The notes below the pieces were generated by a model. It made no database searches. It was not told where the DNA came from and saw only the letters and a list, made by a program, of their open reading frames with translations. A stretch of DNA of 64,000 nucleotides from Octopus sinensis (Eukaryota), in NCBI RefSeq assembly GCF_006345805.1, contig NC_043000.1:146754001-146818000 (forward strand), given 5' to 3'. This document shows positions 12,227-25,908 of this stretch, piece after piece (within the stretch, counting starts at the first letter, position 1; each line of letters opens with the position of its first letter). The translations under genes and the position numbers were made by a program.

Positions 12227-12279
12227 CGTAGTATCTATATCTATATGCATGTATGTGTAAATATATATGTATATATATT

Positions 12280-12335
<56 letters not shown>

Positions 12336-12356
12336 TGTGTGTGTACGTATGTATAT

Positions 12357-12772
12357 ACTCTTTACTCTTTTACTCTTTTACTTGTTTCAGTCATTTGACT
12401 GTTGCCATGCTCGAGCACCACCTTTAATCGAGCATACCAACCCCAAGACTTATTATTTATAAGCATAGTACTTATCGGTCTTTTTTGCTGAACCGCTAAG
12501 TTATGGGGACGTAAACACACCAGTATCGATTGTCAACCGGTGCTGGAGGTGGACAAACACAGACACACAAACATATACATACACATGCATATACATAAAT
12601 ATATGTATATACGACGGGCTTCTTTCAGTTTCCGTCTACCAAATCCACTCACAAGGCTTTGGTCGGCCCAAGGCCATATTAGAATGCACTTGCCCAAGGT
12701 GCCACGCAGTGAGACTGAACTCGGAACCATGTGGTTCGGAAGCAAGCTACTTACCACACAGCCACTCCTACA
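12357..12772 (-). mobile_element. SINE family C
   Basis: Minus-strand head AGGAGTGGCTGTGTGGTAAGTAGCTTGCT, core GGCACCTTGGGCAAGTG...GGTAGACGGAAACTGAAAGAAGCCCGTC and tail TGAAACAAGTAAAAGAGTAAAAGAG. Confidence 0.9.
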
Positions 12773-13407
12773 CCTTATATATGTAAATATATATATATAT
12801 ATATGTATATATGTATATATATATACATACATATATATATTTATACATACATATATACACGTGTATGTATATATATATATATATATGTATACATATATAT
12901 GCGTGTGTTTTTCTCTCGGATTGCATATACTCACATGACATGTTCTAGAGTATAAGTTATTGGTAATAATCAATCATTTCCGGGAATATTTCCTGAGGTA
13001 TAGTGTAATTGGTTTTATTGTTCATCTTCCCTTGTATCTTTATGGCCGCTGGTAGTTTTCTTACACAAATGACTCCAAATGACTTTGTATACCTACCGTT
13101 TCTTTCTTTAGATATAATGATGTATATTATTCATCTTGTTTATACATTTCCATTCACTTAATATTTATTCCTGTTTACTTTTATTCTCGTTTCAAATGGG
13201 CCAAATTATATTTAAATATGACAGACTGTATTTTCCTTTATATACTTTTGAGTGTGTGTATCGTGTATATGAGTGTGTATTTGTGTGTACATGTTTGCCG
13301 GTATTTGTACACGTACTTAATAATATACATTACATTTATCTAGACACGTGTATGTGATATATATGTATGTGTATATATATATATATATATATATAAATAC
13401 ATGTGTA

Positions 13408-13441
<34 letters not shown>

Positions 13442-13599
13442 CATATATGTATGTATTTATGTATGCGTGTATTATGTGTGTATGCATACATTTATGTATG
13501 TATGTAGCGACTCTTGTGTTTACGTAATTGTATGTGCTTATTCAATTACATACCTATATACATACGTCACTGAAGAATTCGAGTGTTTTTTTAAACATA

Positions 13600-13919
<320 letters not shown>

Positions 13920-14012
13920 TCAAATATATCTTTGTCTACTCAAAAGTGCAGATTGTTACCCAGCTGTTTGTTTTTGCTTGTTTGTTGTCTTTTCTTTTTA
14001 CTTCATCTTAAA

Positions 14013-14854
14013 AACTTCTTTCTATTCAGAAGAATCTTTGAATATCATATTGTTCTGTTGATATTTCGATCAACTCACAGATTCTTGCAGCAGATGACTC
14101 GCTCTGTTTATTTATTACGTTATTGTCCTTCTTTCATTAAAATATGAGAATATTATTTGTAAGAAATTCCACTTTGAATATTAGTCACGTTGTTTGATTG
14201 AATTGCATGATAAGAAGTGAAACGAGATGCCAACCGATTGTATCTCTTTGCTGGAAACTGTAGTTATTTCGTGGCCATGACACGTTAAATTATTACGTTC
14301 GGCTAAATATATATTCACCACGGTGTAGAACAACTTCCACGTCAAGTAGTTGGGTTATAGTAACCGACAATCTTGAAATACTGAATTCAAATGATGCCGT
14401 CGTTGAGGATTTAAGAGAGTTTACTTCCTAGAACTTCTTTCTATTCAGAAGAATCTTTGAATATCATATTGTTCTGCTGATATTTCGATCAACTCACAGA
14501 TTCTTGCAGCAGATGACTCGCTCTGTTTATTTATTACGTTATTGTCCTTCTTTCATTAAAATATGAGAATATTATTTGTAAGAAATTCCACTTTGAATAT
14601 TAGTCACGTTGTTTGATTGAATTGCATGATAAGAAGTGAAACGAGATGCCAACCGTTTGTATCTCTTTGCTGGGAACTGTAGTTATTTCGTGGCCATGAC
14701 ACGTTAAATTATTACGTTCGGCTAAATATATATTCACCACGGTGTAGAACAACTTCCACGTCAAGTAGTTGGGTTACAGTAACCGACAATCTTGAAATAC
14801 TGAAATCAAATGCTGCCGTCGTTGAGGATTTAAGAGAGTTTACTTCCTAGAACT
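14013..14854. repeat. Tandem duplication, 2 x 419 bp, near-identical
   Basis: AACTTCTTTCTATTCAGAAGAATC starts at 14013 and again at 14432. Only a few substitutions separate the units. Confidence 0.95.
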
Positions 14855-15606
14855 ATTAATTTTTACGCAGCTACATAATTTAAGCACTTGTGTAGAATGA
14901 GGAATGCGAGGTTATAATAACTTTCATTAAGGCTAGAATTATTTCAGTGCTGTTGAAGTGAAGAGGCTTCAACTAGAGATCAAAACGTCGCCATTTCTAG
15001 AGATGTAATCTATCAATCCCAAACTAATTTCATCAAGTTCTTATAAATTAAGTACGATACGATTTCTGTAGAATCGGTTTGTAGTTTAAGATTATCTATT
15101 GCATTGATGTTAGTTTCATTTGCAAAGGGTATGTCTATAAGTGCATTTGCAAAGAGTATGCCTATAAATACAGAATAGAAACGTCAGCAGTATGGTGATT
15201 ACTATGTCTTTACACATAACATAAGATGAATGGCAGAAATGCTAGAGGACTGAACTAAATACTGGATAATATTTAAGGGTTCAAATAAACCCAAATCAGC
15301 TTTACTCTTTTTAAATCCATTGTGGGTCAGTAACCTACTCTCTAATGATAAAGAATTAAGATCAGTCAGTACTAAGGCGGCGTGCTGCTAAGCTCGATTA
15401 GTACGCCTGGCAAAATGTGTGAAAGCATTTCCTCCGTTTTTACGTTCAGAGTTCGGATTCTACTCAGGTTGACTTTACCTTTCATTATTTCGGAGTCGGA
15501 GTATCAGTCATGTACTGAGGTCAATGGGATTGACTAGACCCATTCTGCCAAATTTTAATAGAAGGATTATTATTATTATTATTATCATCATCATCATCAT
15601 CATCAG

Positions 15607-15645
<39 letters not shown>

Positions 15646-15654
15646 TGTTATCAT

Positions 15655-15762
15655 TGCCTTTACACAGCTTCCAACGCTGAAGATGTACTACAGTGTCAGC
15701 TGTTCACTGCCACTGAACAAAGGTAACACCTCCTATTTTTCGAGCACCTTCCGGAGTATTCG
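15655..15762 (-). mobile_element. Extreme 3' end of an RLE non-LTR element (family 2)
   Basis: Homologous to 18097-18206. Flanked by (ATC)n and (TTA)n. Confidence 0.75.
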
Positions 15763-15778
15763 ATTATTATTATTATTA

Positions 15779-15839
<61 letters not shown>

Positions 15840-15844
15840 CATTA

Positions 15845-16278
15845 TTCAGTAGTTTTATTTTTATAGCGTGCTTTCACTTCACTACCGAGCGCAGCTCTGT
15901 GTGCCTTGGGTATGTGCTGTGATTTGTTGTGATGCTCTGATGGTTATTGTATGGAAAGTGTTCTGCGTAGGATGTGTGCAGTGCCTAGTAGTGCAATTTT
16001 CTGTATGTTATATGTGTTTGTAAGTCCTGGTGTTTTTGTTATGTATTTGTCTGAATATTTTTTTATCATGCCTAATGCACCTACTATGATAGGAATTGTT
16101 TCTGTTTTCAGATTCCACATTCTAGTTACCTCTATTTCCAGGTCTTTGTATTTTGAGAGTTTCTCCATTTCTTTTAGAGACACGTTGTCATCTGCCGGTA
16201 TTGATACATCAATTAGAAAGCATTTTTTTTCTTCATGGTCTCTGACAACTATATCTGGTCTGTTGGCCTTAATTTCTC

Positions 16279-16279
<1 letters not shown>
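15845..16279 (-). mobile_element. 5'-truncated R4/Dong-like non-LTR retrotransposon (RLE domain plus 3' UTR)
   Basis: Open frame ANRPDIVVRD...LIDVSIPAD...KEMEKLSKYKDL...PIIVGALG (PD-(D/E)xK restriction-like endonuclease). Both sides are (TTA)n. Confidence 0.9.
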
Positions 16280-16345
<66 letters not shown>

Positions 16346-18025
16346 AGTCAGTAGTTTTATTTTTATAACGTGCTTTCACTTCGTTACCGAGCGCAGCTTT
16401 GTGTGCCTTGTGTATGTTCTCTGGTTTGGTTTGATGCTTTTATGGTTACTATATTGAAAGTGTTTTGCGTAGGATGTGTGCAGTGCCCAGTAGTGCAATG
16501 TTCTGTATGTTATATATATATTTGTTAGCCCTGGTATTTTTATTATGTATTTGCCGAATATTTTTTATCATACCTAATGCGCCTACTATGATAGAAATTG
16601 TTTCTGTTTTTAGATTCCACATTCGAGTTACCTCTATTTCCAGATCTTTGTATTTTGAAAGTTTCTCTGTGTGCTTTGGTTATGAGCTGTGGTCTGCTGT
16701 GATGCTCTTATTGTTACTATATTGAAAGTGTTTTACGTAGGATATGTACAGTACCTAGTAGTGCTATAATCTGTATATTATATATACTTGTTAGTTCTGA
16801 TGCTTTTATTATGTATTTGTCTGAATATTTTTTTATCATACCTATATAGATCCCAACTCTGTCGTGTCTGTGAATGTATTCCTTCTTAGCCAGAACTGGA
16901 CAGCCAGATACAATATGGTTCATTTTTCTTGTCCATTTCCTAGTTGTATTTCTTTTCTTTACATGTTTTTGGTAATTTCTGGTGAAGAGGCTTTGGTCTT
17001 GTGCTTCAATTATGATTCCTTCAGTCTCTGCTTCGAGTCTTGAGCATCTTGGCCATTGTTGGGATTTTGCCTTTAATCTAACCTAATATTTACCATGAAG
17101 AGGCTTTTCTTGCCATCGTTTTATCATGATCCATTGCTGTTCCAGTTTTAGTTTGGATTTCAATTGTTCTACAAGTTTTGTTCTTTCAATTTTGTCTTCA
17201 TAGTTGTTAGGTACTCTGACTTTTTTGTATTTGTCAGCCTCCTTAAGTACTGAAAACAGTTCCTTGTTTTTTTCGTGTTTTGTGGCTATGTGTATAAATA
17301 TACCTTGCTTCTGAAGTAGGTGTTTCTGTAGTCCTATGGTGGTTATTTTATAATAGTTTTCTAGCTGTATAGGGCCTGTACCACTTTCGATACGTTGTCT
17401 ATATAACCTTTCTTTGTAAGATTTTGGGTGGTGCATCCTAACTACTATCATTATTTTTCCTGCTTTCCTGTCTATTTGAACTAGTTTATTTAGAGTCCAG
17501 TTAAGAAACTTTGTAGCTGTAACTTATAACTGGGATGGTGTTGATACCTATTATCTAGATTTTCACATTTAGCTCTGTTTCCAGTATTAATGTAACTTGT
17601 CTGTACTGTAGTATTCTTTTCTTACTTTCACTTTCATTTGTGTGTGCTGTATCGTATCTAGTTCATTGATTCCTAAGTATTTGTATGTCTGACTTTGGTC
17701 CAATTCCCTTATTTCATTTACTTTATCTAGTATGCTGTTGTTACTCTGAACTAGTTTTCATCTTTTCAAGGTTGCTTAGGCACATTTTTCTAAGTCAAAT
17801 TTCATGTTTATTTCTGTGGTAAATCCATGTGCTATCTGTAGTAATGTTTCCAGCTGTTTATCATTTGTAGTGTACAGTTTTAGATCATCCATATATAAGA
17901 GGTGACTGATTGTTTTACTGTAACAGTTGTATCCACATCCAGTTCTGTTTAGCATTGCAGATAAATATGCACAGTGCCAAGTAAAAAAGGAATTGAGAGA
18001 GCGTATCTCCCTGGAATAGTCCTGT
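16346..18025 (-). mobile_element. Two further stacked copies of the same RLE family, the second extending into RT
   Basis: Repeats the 3' UTR and RLE end. HIVSGCPVLAKKEYIHRHD (CCHC knuckle), HLLYMDDLKLY at about 17880-17905 and GLFQGDTLS at about 18000-18024. Frameshifted. Confidence 0.85.
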
Positions 18026-18044
18026 TATTATTATTGTTGTTGTT

Positions 18045-18077
<33 letters not shown>

Positions 18078-18096
18078 ATTATTATTATTATTATCA

Positions 18097-21000
18097 TAGC
18101 CTTTGCACAGCTTCTAATCCTGGAGATGTACCACGGTGTCAGATGTTCACTACCAGTGAACTAAAATAACAAACCTTATTTTTCGAGCACCTTCCGGAGT
18201 ATTCGAGCGGTTCCAAGCAGTGCTGTTTTCTGCAAGTGCTCCACCCTTATTGCAGCTCTTATTTGTTCCACGTACTTCTCGAGATTTTTACTCACTGTTC
18301 CCAGGGATCCGACAATTATTAGCACTACTACTACATTTTTCATCGACCATAACTGCTTTACCTCCCAAGCTAACCTGTCATACCTATCGACTTTTCTTTC
18401 TTCCTTATCGCATACCTTGTCGTCTGCTGGGCATGCTATATCTATGATCCAGCATTGTTTGCTTTCTTTCTCAATTAATACTATGTCTGGCTTCCTATTC
18501 TCTATCTCATGATCTTTGCATTTTCATTTTCGACGATGCCTTAGGGTTTATAGCCGAACCAATTTTTTTCTTTGTCAAGTCCCTACTTGTTGCAAAGTGT
18601 CCAATGGACAAACCAGGCTATAATGTCGTGGCGTCTCTTATATTACTTCTGGGTTAGTGGCGTACATTTGCTGGTAATATGCCATACGGTTTCACCATTT
18701 TGTCCACATATTCTGCACTTATCACTTTCTGCTGCGTTGTCTACTCTGTATTTTATGTAGTTTTGTTCTTAGTGCTTGCTCTTGGCAGTCAATATTAGAG
18801 TCTCCGTTTCCGGTTTTAAATCACTTTTTGTCATCCACAGCCTTTTTTGTCTGTCTGTCTTATCTTCAACATCCCTATGAAATTGACCATACATTCATTT
18901 CTTTACCCATATATTTTTAGTTTCATTTGTTTTCAATTGCTTGTACAATGCTTTATCTTTGCAAGTTTCTTCCTACACAAGCCTGAAGCTCCTTACTTCT
19001 AAGAATAGCGGTTCTGTAGCATTTTTACATACCATGCTATGTTGTTTTCTTCTACTCTAATGCTGTGATCGCATCCAATAAGTCCTCATCCCCCTCTTTT
19101 CCTTGATACATATACCCTGACTGTGTCACGTTTTGAGTGGTGTGACACATATCTAGTTAGCAACTTCCTTGTCTTTCTGTCTAAGCTGTTTAGTTCGTCT
19201 ACTGTCCATGCGACCACCTGGTCTATATCTAAGGATTGAAGGCGCTTCGGTGTTGATAGCTTCAGTTTTATTCTGTCCGTTTAATTTCGACTTAAGGATC
19301 AGTCTCACTCTGCGCAAATACTCCACCCTAAATTTTTCTGTCATTTCTATCTCCATCAATTTATCCATTTCCCAAATCCCCAAGTACTTATAGCCCATCT
19401 CTTCTATCAGCATCATAACCTCCCCCAACAGTATCGTTAGCTGGTCCATACATTTGATTTTGCTTCTCTTCAAGACAAACACACCACGCTTTCTCAGTCC
19501 GAACTCCATTCCGATATCAGCACTGAACGTATTCACTGTATCAACGAGGGAACTGACTTGGGCTTCATCTTTACCATAAAGTTTGAGATCATCCATGAAT
19601 AACAAATCGTTGACTTTTTGTTGGGGGCTTTTGAATACATACCCAGCATTTGCTTTCCTCTGAATCAGTGTTAGCGGTATCAAACACAGTACAAAGATCA
19701 GTGGGGACGGGCAGTCCCCTTGGAAGATGCCCCTCCTAATTTCTACTGTCCCTAAACTTCTTCCGTATGCCGTTAGGTCCGTCTCCAATTCGCCATATTT
19801 TTTTCCAAGCAATCGCTCAACATTCGATGCAAATACACTCCATAATGCAAGAATGTGGGAAAATATCGTACGCCTTACGATAGTCGATCCATAATATGAC
19901 CAAGTAACTTGTTCTCCTCTTGCAGTCTCTAAGTATAGTTTTATCTATCAGGAGTTGATCCTTGATACCTCTGCACTTACGCTTGCAACCTTCTGCTCAC
20001 GTGGCAGGAATCCATTTTTTTTCATGTATTCGTCCATTGACGCTGCGATTATTTCAATCAATAATTTCTACATAAGTGGTAAACAGGATATCGGCCTGTA
20101 ATTGTCTATTGTATTGCCTTTTTTGATGTTTTTCCAGCACAGCGCTGTCCTACCCAAAGTCAACCACTCTGGTGTTACTTGGTTGGCATTTAACAAGGTG
20201 TTGAGTTGCACAGCTATTCGTGCATGACATTCATCAAATCGTTTGATCCAGTAGCCTTGAACTCCATCTGATTCCGGACCTTCCAGTTGCTCATTTTTTT
20301 GCTGATTTCCTTCACTACCCTAACTGAAATGACTGCTTTGGAAATACTACTGTTTGTCTCACTTCTTGCAACCATTCAGCATCCTTCTTGTGCTCCTTGT
20401 ATTCGCTCCAGATGTCACTCCAAAACCTTTGACTTTCAGTTTTATCTGGTGTCGACTTTTCATCTGTACACTGTCCATTTATTTTTTTATAGAATTTCTT
20501 CTGATCTACTCTGTATAACCTATTCTTGTGGTAACCCTTCATTCTTTAGTCGTATCTTACCATCTTTGCTTTCTTTGCAACGAGGCGCGGTTTCAGTTCC
20601 ACCATTAGTAATTTCAGGCTCTTTCCTTCAATATTATACTTCCTTTTCAGCACCCTGTATTTTTGTTTGCTTTTAAGCTCCCCTTCTCATTCTAACAGAG
20701 ATTTCCTTCGAGAGCATATTTAACCCTGTCTGTATTCTTCTTTTCCACCATGGATCTTTTCTTTTGTCACTCGCATTATGTTTCTTTTTCTTGACATCAA
20801 CGCCCACATTTTCTGCTACAACAATACTTGCTGCCTTGATCAAATTATTTGTTTCTGTGATGTTGTTTGATCTGATGTATTTCAGAATTTCATTGACATT
20901 TTTCGTTTCTTAGTTCAATTTCCATCGATCAACTTTTTTTATGGTTGCAAATAATGTCGCTATTGTTCTCCTGTAGTCTTGCCATTATTTTGTCGTAGAT

Positions 21001-21800
21001 TGCCTTTTGTTCATCTGTCATGTCACCATTAGTTTTATTGTCTTCTTTTAGATCATCTATGTGTCACTCATCAAGTAAACTACCACTGCTCTTTTCCTGT
21101 GCTATGGGATTACGCTTATTAATAAGAACTGTATTTTTATTGTTATATCTCCTGCTGTTTTCCATGACCCGTCCTTTGATAGCTTCGAGCTCTACTTCTG
21201 TGAACCAACGATTTTTCTAATTGCTCCAGCTTGAACACATAGTCTCTGTTCCGTGAGTTGAAACAATCACTTTTCTCTCCAATGATCATATATACGTTGT
21301 CGGTAACCCCTAATTTGAGCACCATTTCCATCTACTGGGCTGCTCAGGTAGTAACACTCCATGACCACAGCATTAATTTGCTTGCTCTATCTACGCCGTG
21401 TGTGGTGGTCCCTTTTTGTATGTCGACAGGCTGGAGCCGGTCCAGAATCTCTGGGCCTGCAGGGGGTATCACTGTCACCATCATTGGCTTCAGTTTCATT
21501 ACCACCGTTATTCACAATATTTTGTTTTTTCATTGTCACTCATATGAGGTAACGATTATCAGGTTGCACAATCACCAGTGTTTTTATTGTGACACCATCA
21601 CTAGATGTATCATTAATCAGCCAATGAGGAGAGGGAGGCTCCACGTGTTTCCTTTCATTATTATTATTATCATCTCTGATAGCTCTCATATTATTGTTTT
21701 TGCGTCTAGTAGCAGCAGTGGTTGCAAGAAGAGCAACACCAGTAGGTATGGGTGTAGTGGTAAGGGTGGTAGTTGGGCCTCAGATTTCTGTACTATCATA
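18097..21800 (-). mobile_element. Long decayed R4/Dong-like retrotransposon (RT, CCHC, RLE)
   Basis: ORF 19153-19812 reads GIFQGDCPSPLIF...LLFMDDLKLY...YKYLG. Also NRLYRVDQKKFY, CRICGQNGETV.HI and the RLE end. Many stops and frameshifts. The 5' boundary is uncertain. Confidence 0.9.
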
Positions 21801-22160
21801 ATAGTAACAGTTGTAGTATAATTGTAGTGTTAGTAGTATTTAGCATTTTCAGCTGAAGCATATGATTATTATTTCTATTTTTATAATTATCACCATCACC
21901 ACCACCACCACCACTACCATTGTTTGAGGAACTAGTTTGGTAGCAGTTTGGTGAATAGATCATGTAGTACAGGTCTATAAAGAGATTCGGCAGATGGTGG
22001 GGAGGTCAACCATAGAGGCAAAGGAATTTTCGAACACTTTGTGTCAGCAGAGGTCAAATGTGTTTACTATTACCAGTGGCCACTGACCACTGAGAGCACT
22101 GCCTTCAAGAGAAGCAACTAAACCTGATCTATTTGTAACTACTGTTAGAAAAAAACAATA

Positions 22161-22238
<78 letters not shown>

Positions 22239-22529
22239 ATTGAGACTTTTCAACTGTAAGTATGGAAAACAATTAAATTTTGGAAAAATTAAAAGTAAAG
22301 ATTTTTTAAAAGAATATTTGCATAATGTTCAAATGCAAGTGGCATTTTCCTTGTTTCTGCCTGTCTCTGTCTCTCTTGTTTACTGTTGTGGTTTCGAGGT
22401 GTATACACACACACACATACACACACACACATACACACACATACACACACACACACACACACACATACACACACACACACACACACAACACATACAGACA
22501 CACACACACAAAAAAAATACTGATATTCA

Positions 22530-23415
22530 CGTCGGTGAATTTTTGAATTTCTGAATTCAATTGTGTTGTTGCAATAAAATGTGTGTTTACGTATTTGGGT
22601 ATATTTAATGTTTTTAAGTTTTCTTGAGATGTTCGTTTGTATATCCAGTCAGAGAATACAGTAGGACTTTTGCAATGAAAAGGATGTTTATATTTTCGAA
22701 TACTGAGGGAGAGTAAAAAAGAAAAGAAAACGTTTTGTAGATAGTAAAATTTTACGATTTACTAAATATGGTTTTTTGTATGACTGCACAGAGAGAAATG
22801 GTAGTATTCTTAGAATAAAAAGGAGGATGATGTTTACATTTTCGAATACTCAGGGTGAGAGGAATGGATAAGTATTCACACAGTAGTCGTAGATATTAAA
22901 GGTTTATTTTTTTAAGCTGATCGTTTGTGTGTTCGAAAGCTGTAGGTATGTAAGTCTCCTAACTTATTTTATTTTGAGGGAGATTTAAAATATTCACAGG
23001 AAATTGTAGATATTCCAGTCTTTGGGAATAGTAGAAGAAAGTGATGTTCACCTCGCTGGATTTTTGAATTTCTGAATTTCTTTTTCTTTATCTTTTGGAA
23101 TTTTTCTTTTCTTCTTCAAGGCTTTGCTGTGGTTTACAGCTTTTGTAGTTATGCAGTATGTATTTATTGGCAGATGCGTAATTCCGTTTTTTATTGTGCA
23201 TTTAATTGTGTTGTTACAATAAAAGGCATATTTACGTATTGTGTTAGTCAGGGAAGAAGAGAAGACAAAATGTTTACACAAAATCGGAGATGTTAAAGTT
23301 TCTAAAGTTTTTGAGGAGTTCGTTTCTATGTGCAAATCTGTAGATATGTAAGTTCCCTAACTTATTTTGAGGGAATTCAAAATTCTCGCAGGAAATTCCA
23401 GATATTCCAGTCTTT
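22530..23415. repeat. Diverged partial tandem duplication of an unclassified element
   Basis: Blocks ATTTTTGAATTTCTGAATT, AATTGTGTTGTT.CAATAAAA and CCTAACTTATTTT...CAGGAAATT..AGATATTCCAGTCTTT occur twice in the same order. Confidence 0.65.
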
Positions 23416-23514
23416 AAGAGTTATTTTTTCAGTTGTCCTGCTGGGTTGTATTAGCGTTTCTGTGTCTTGAGCTGCTGACAGGTCACGGCAGCGAAGAACA
23501 CGTCCAGCCACCTA

Positions 23515-23569
<55 letters not shown>

Positions 23570-25500
23570 AACCCTGAGGCTTCAGGGAAATCTGTGACAG
23601 TGGGGTTCCTCGATTATCTCTAGATTTCTTCCTGTATCAGGACGGCAACATCTCTATTATTCTCCCCGCCACATTTTTTAACCTTTGTATGCTTTGTAGA
23701 TGATCGTTCTTTTCAGTGTATACCGTGCATACACACATTACTTCAGAAATTGAAGATCTTGTCATGCCCAGGTGTCTTCCAGTTGTTTAGGTTTTGCAGT
23801 GCCTCAGTGACCTCTCCAGTTGTTAGAGTGGTTCAGGTGCAGAATTCATTGTTTTGATAGACCTTTTCTGGGGCTGTTTCTTCGCCGATCATATTTCTTT
23901 CCAAAATTCTTCCACCTCTTCTACTGTTGATGCAGCATTGATGTCTATTTTATTATTGCCGAGTTCTTAGTAGAATCTTTTGGGGTTGGAGTTGAACTGT
24001 TTGCTTTGTTCAAAGAGACGTTAGCGTTTCTCATACCTATTTCTTTACTACCCACAAGGGGCTAAACACAGAGAGGACAAACAGGGACAGACAAACGGAT
24101 TAAGTCGATTATATCGACCCCAGTGCGTAACTGGTACTTATTTAATCGACCCCGAAAGGATGAAAGGCAAAGTCGACCTCGGCGGAATTTGAACTTGGAA
24201 CGGAACGGCAGTCGAAATACCGCTAAGCATTTCTCCCGGCGCGCTAACATTTCTGCCAGCTCACCGCCTCATACCGGGGGAATCTTTGTGTTTTGCCGAG
24301 GATATCTTGCTTTAGCTGTTCTTTTACCTCAGGTATACCGTGTTTTGTAATTTTGTATTTGCGTAGTATTTTGTTCTCTTCTTGTTGCTTTGTAGTGTTG
24401 ATTGTCTACTAGTTTTGTTAAGGATCGATAGATCTTTTCTCTTGTTTTCTATTTTTTCTGGATCTTATTTATCAACAGGGTTTGTTTGAGTGGTGGTACT
24501 CTTGTTCGGATGAGTTTGAGGGAGTATCCAGCTTCTCTTGTGGCCAGCGGCTGCTGCATATATTATATCATTTAGCTTGGTCATATTGACATTTGTTTCT
24601 GTTGCTATTGGTTCTGTTACGGCCAGGTTCATGCTATTTATTATTGATGTTGCTTTAGCATCAATTTTAATTTTTCGGAGGTACAATCGATGGTTCATAC
24701 TGAGATCTGTGGCTTTCAGTTCTTTGATTATGCTCATTTTTAGAGTATCATAATCATTAGGTTCACCTTCTCTGTTTCCAGGATTTTGATTTGTTTCTTA
24801 TTCCTGACAGTTTATATTTTTGTCTGTGGTGTTATGGTTTGGTGTATTTTGCACATCATTATAAATTCTTACGGTCTGGGTTTGCTGTCTTTCGTTGTTT
24901 ACTTCGTTTTCGATGGAAATATTACGTCACTCTTCGTGTTTTACAGTCCCAGTGCTTATAATATTTGACATTGCTGTGTGGTTACTATCTAGATTTTTCT
25001 GATGTATCTTTCCTTTTAATTGCTCTATTTCTATTTCTGATATTTGTTTGTTTGTTTTGAGAATATACCTTCGTATGTTAGCTAGTTTATTATGGTTCAT
25101 TGCTGTATCCAAGTCTTTATCTAGGTTATTTTTCTACGAGATGTTATATGTATATGCTGTTGTGTTTTCGTTCTTTGGATAGAGCACCGCTGTAAAATAA
25201 GAGTGTAGGCCTGAAATATATTCCTCACGTGTCCATTTATGCTTTCTGTATTCTATTTTCTGGACATAAGGAATAACATCCGGCCTTTTATTTTGATAGT
25301 CATCATTTTCGCAGGGTACCGTTTCGTTCATTTCTGCAGTTAAATGGTTTTGCACATGCAGTTTCTCGTACTTTTTGTGTAACGAGTTTAAAGCACGTAC
25401 TTACAGATTGTTATTCTTGGGTTGAATAATACAGGTATTATTTAATTTATCTTTTATTTTTTGTGCATGATGTTTGGGGACGGAGATTGTCTGATGTTGA
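23570..25500 (-). mobile_element. 5' half of an R4/Dong-like retrotransposon, interrupted by SINE B
   Basis: RKHKWTREEY..LHSYF N-terminal motif, NKLANIRRYILK and NNWKTPGHDKI (start of RT region). Abuts (TTA)n at 23515-23568. Confidence 0.75.
24036..24270 (-). mobile_element. SINE family B
   Basis: Full head and body, with a short CTCATACC duplication at the flanks. Confidence 0.9.
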
Positions 25501-25877
25501 TTGGATCGTAATGTGGGGAGCGTGTTTACACGTGCTGCACGAGCAATGGAGATGATATACATTTAAAATACATCATTTCATTTGGAAAACAGAAATAAAT
25601 GTCAATGAGTATTACTTACTCGGATATAGTGCACCACATTTTGTCAGTTATTTTTGGCTTCATTTGATGTCTTTATTCCCGACATTTTTGGATAGATTTC
25701 GTAGCAGTGTTTTATCACTCTCACATGTTACAACGGTGTTGCTATCATCATCATCATTAATATTATTATTATTATTATTATCATCATCATCATCATCGTC
25801 GTCGTCGTCATCATCATCATCGTCATCATCATCATCATCATCATCATTATTATTATCATTGCTGCTGTTGTGGCTGT

Positions 25878-25908
<31 letters not shown>

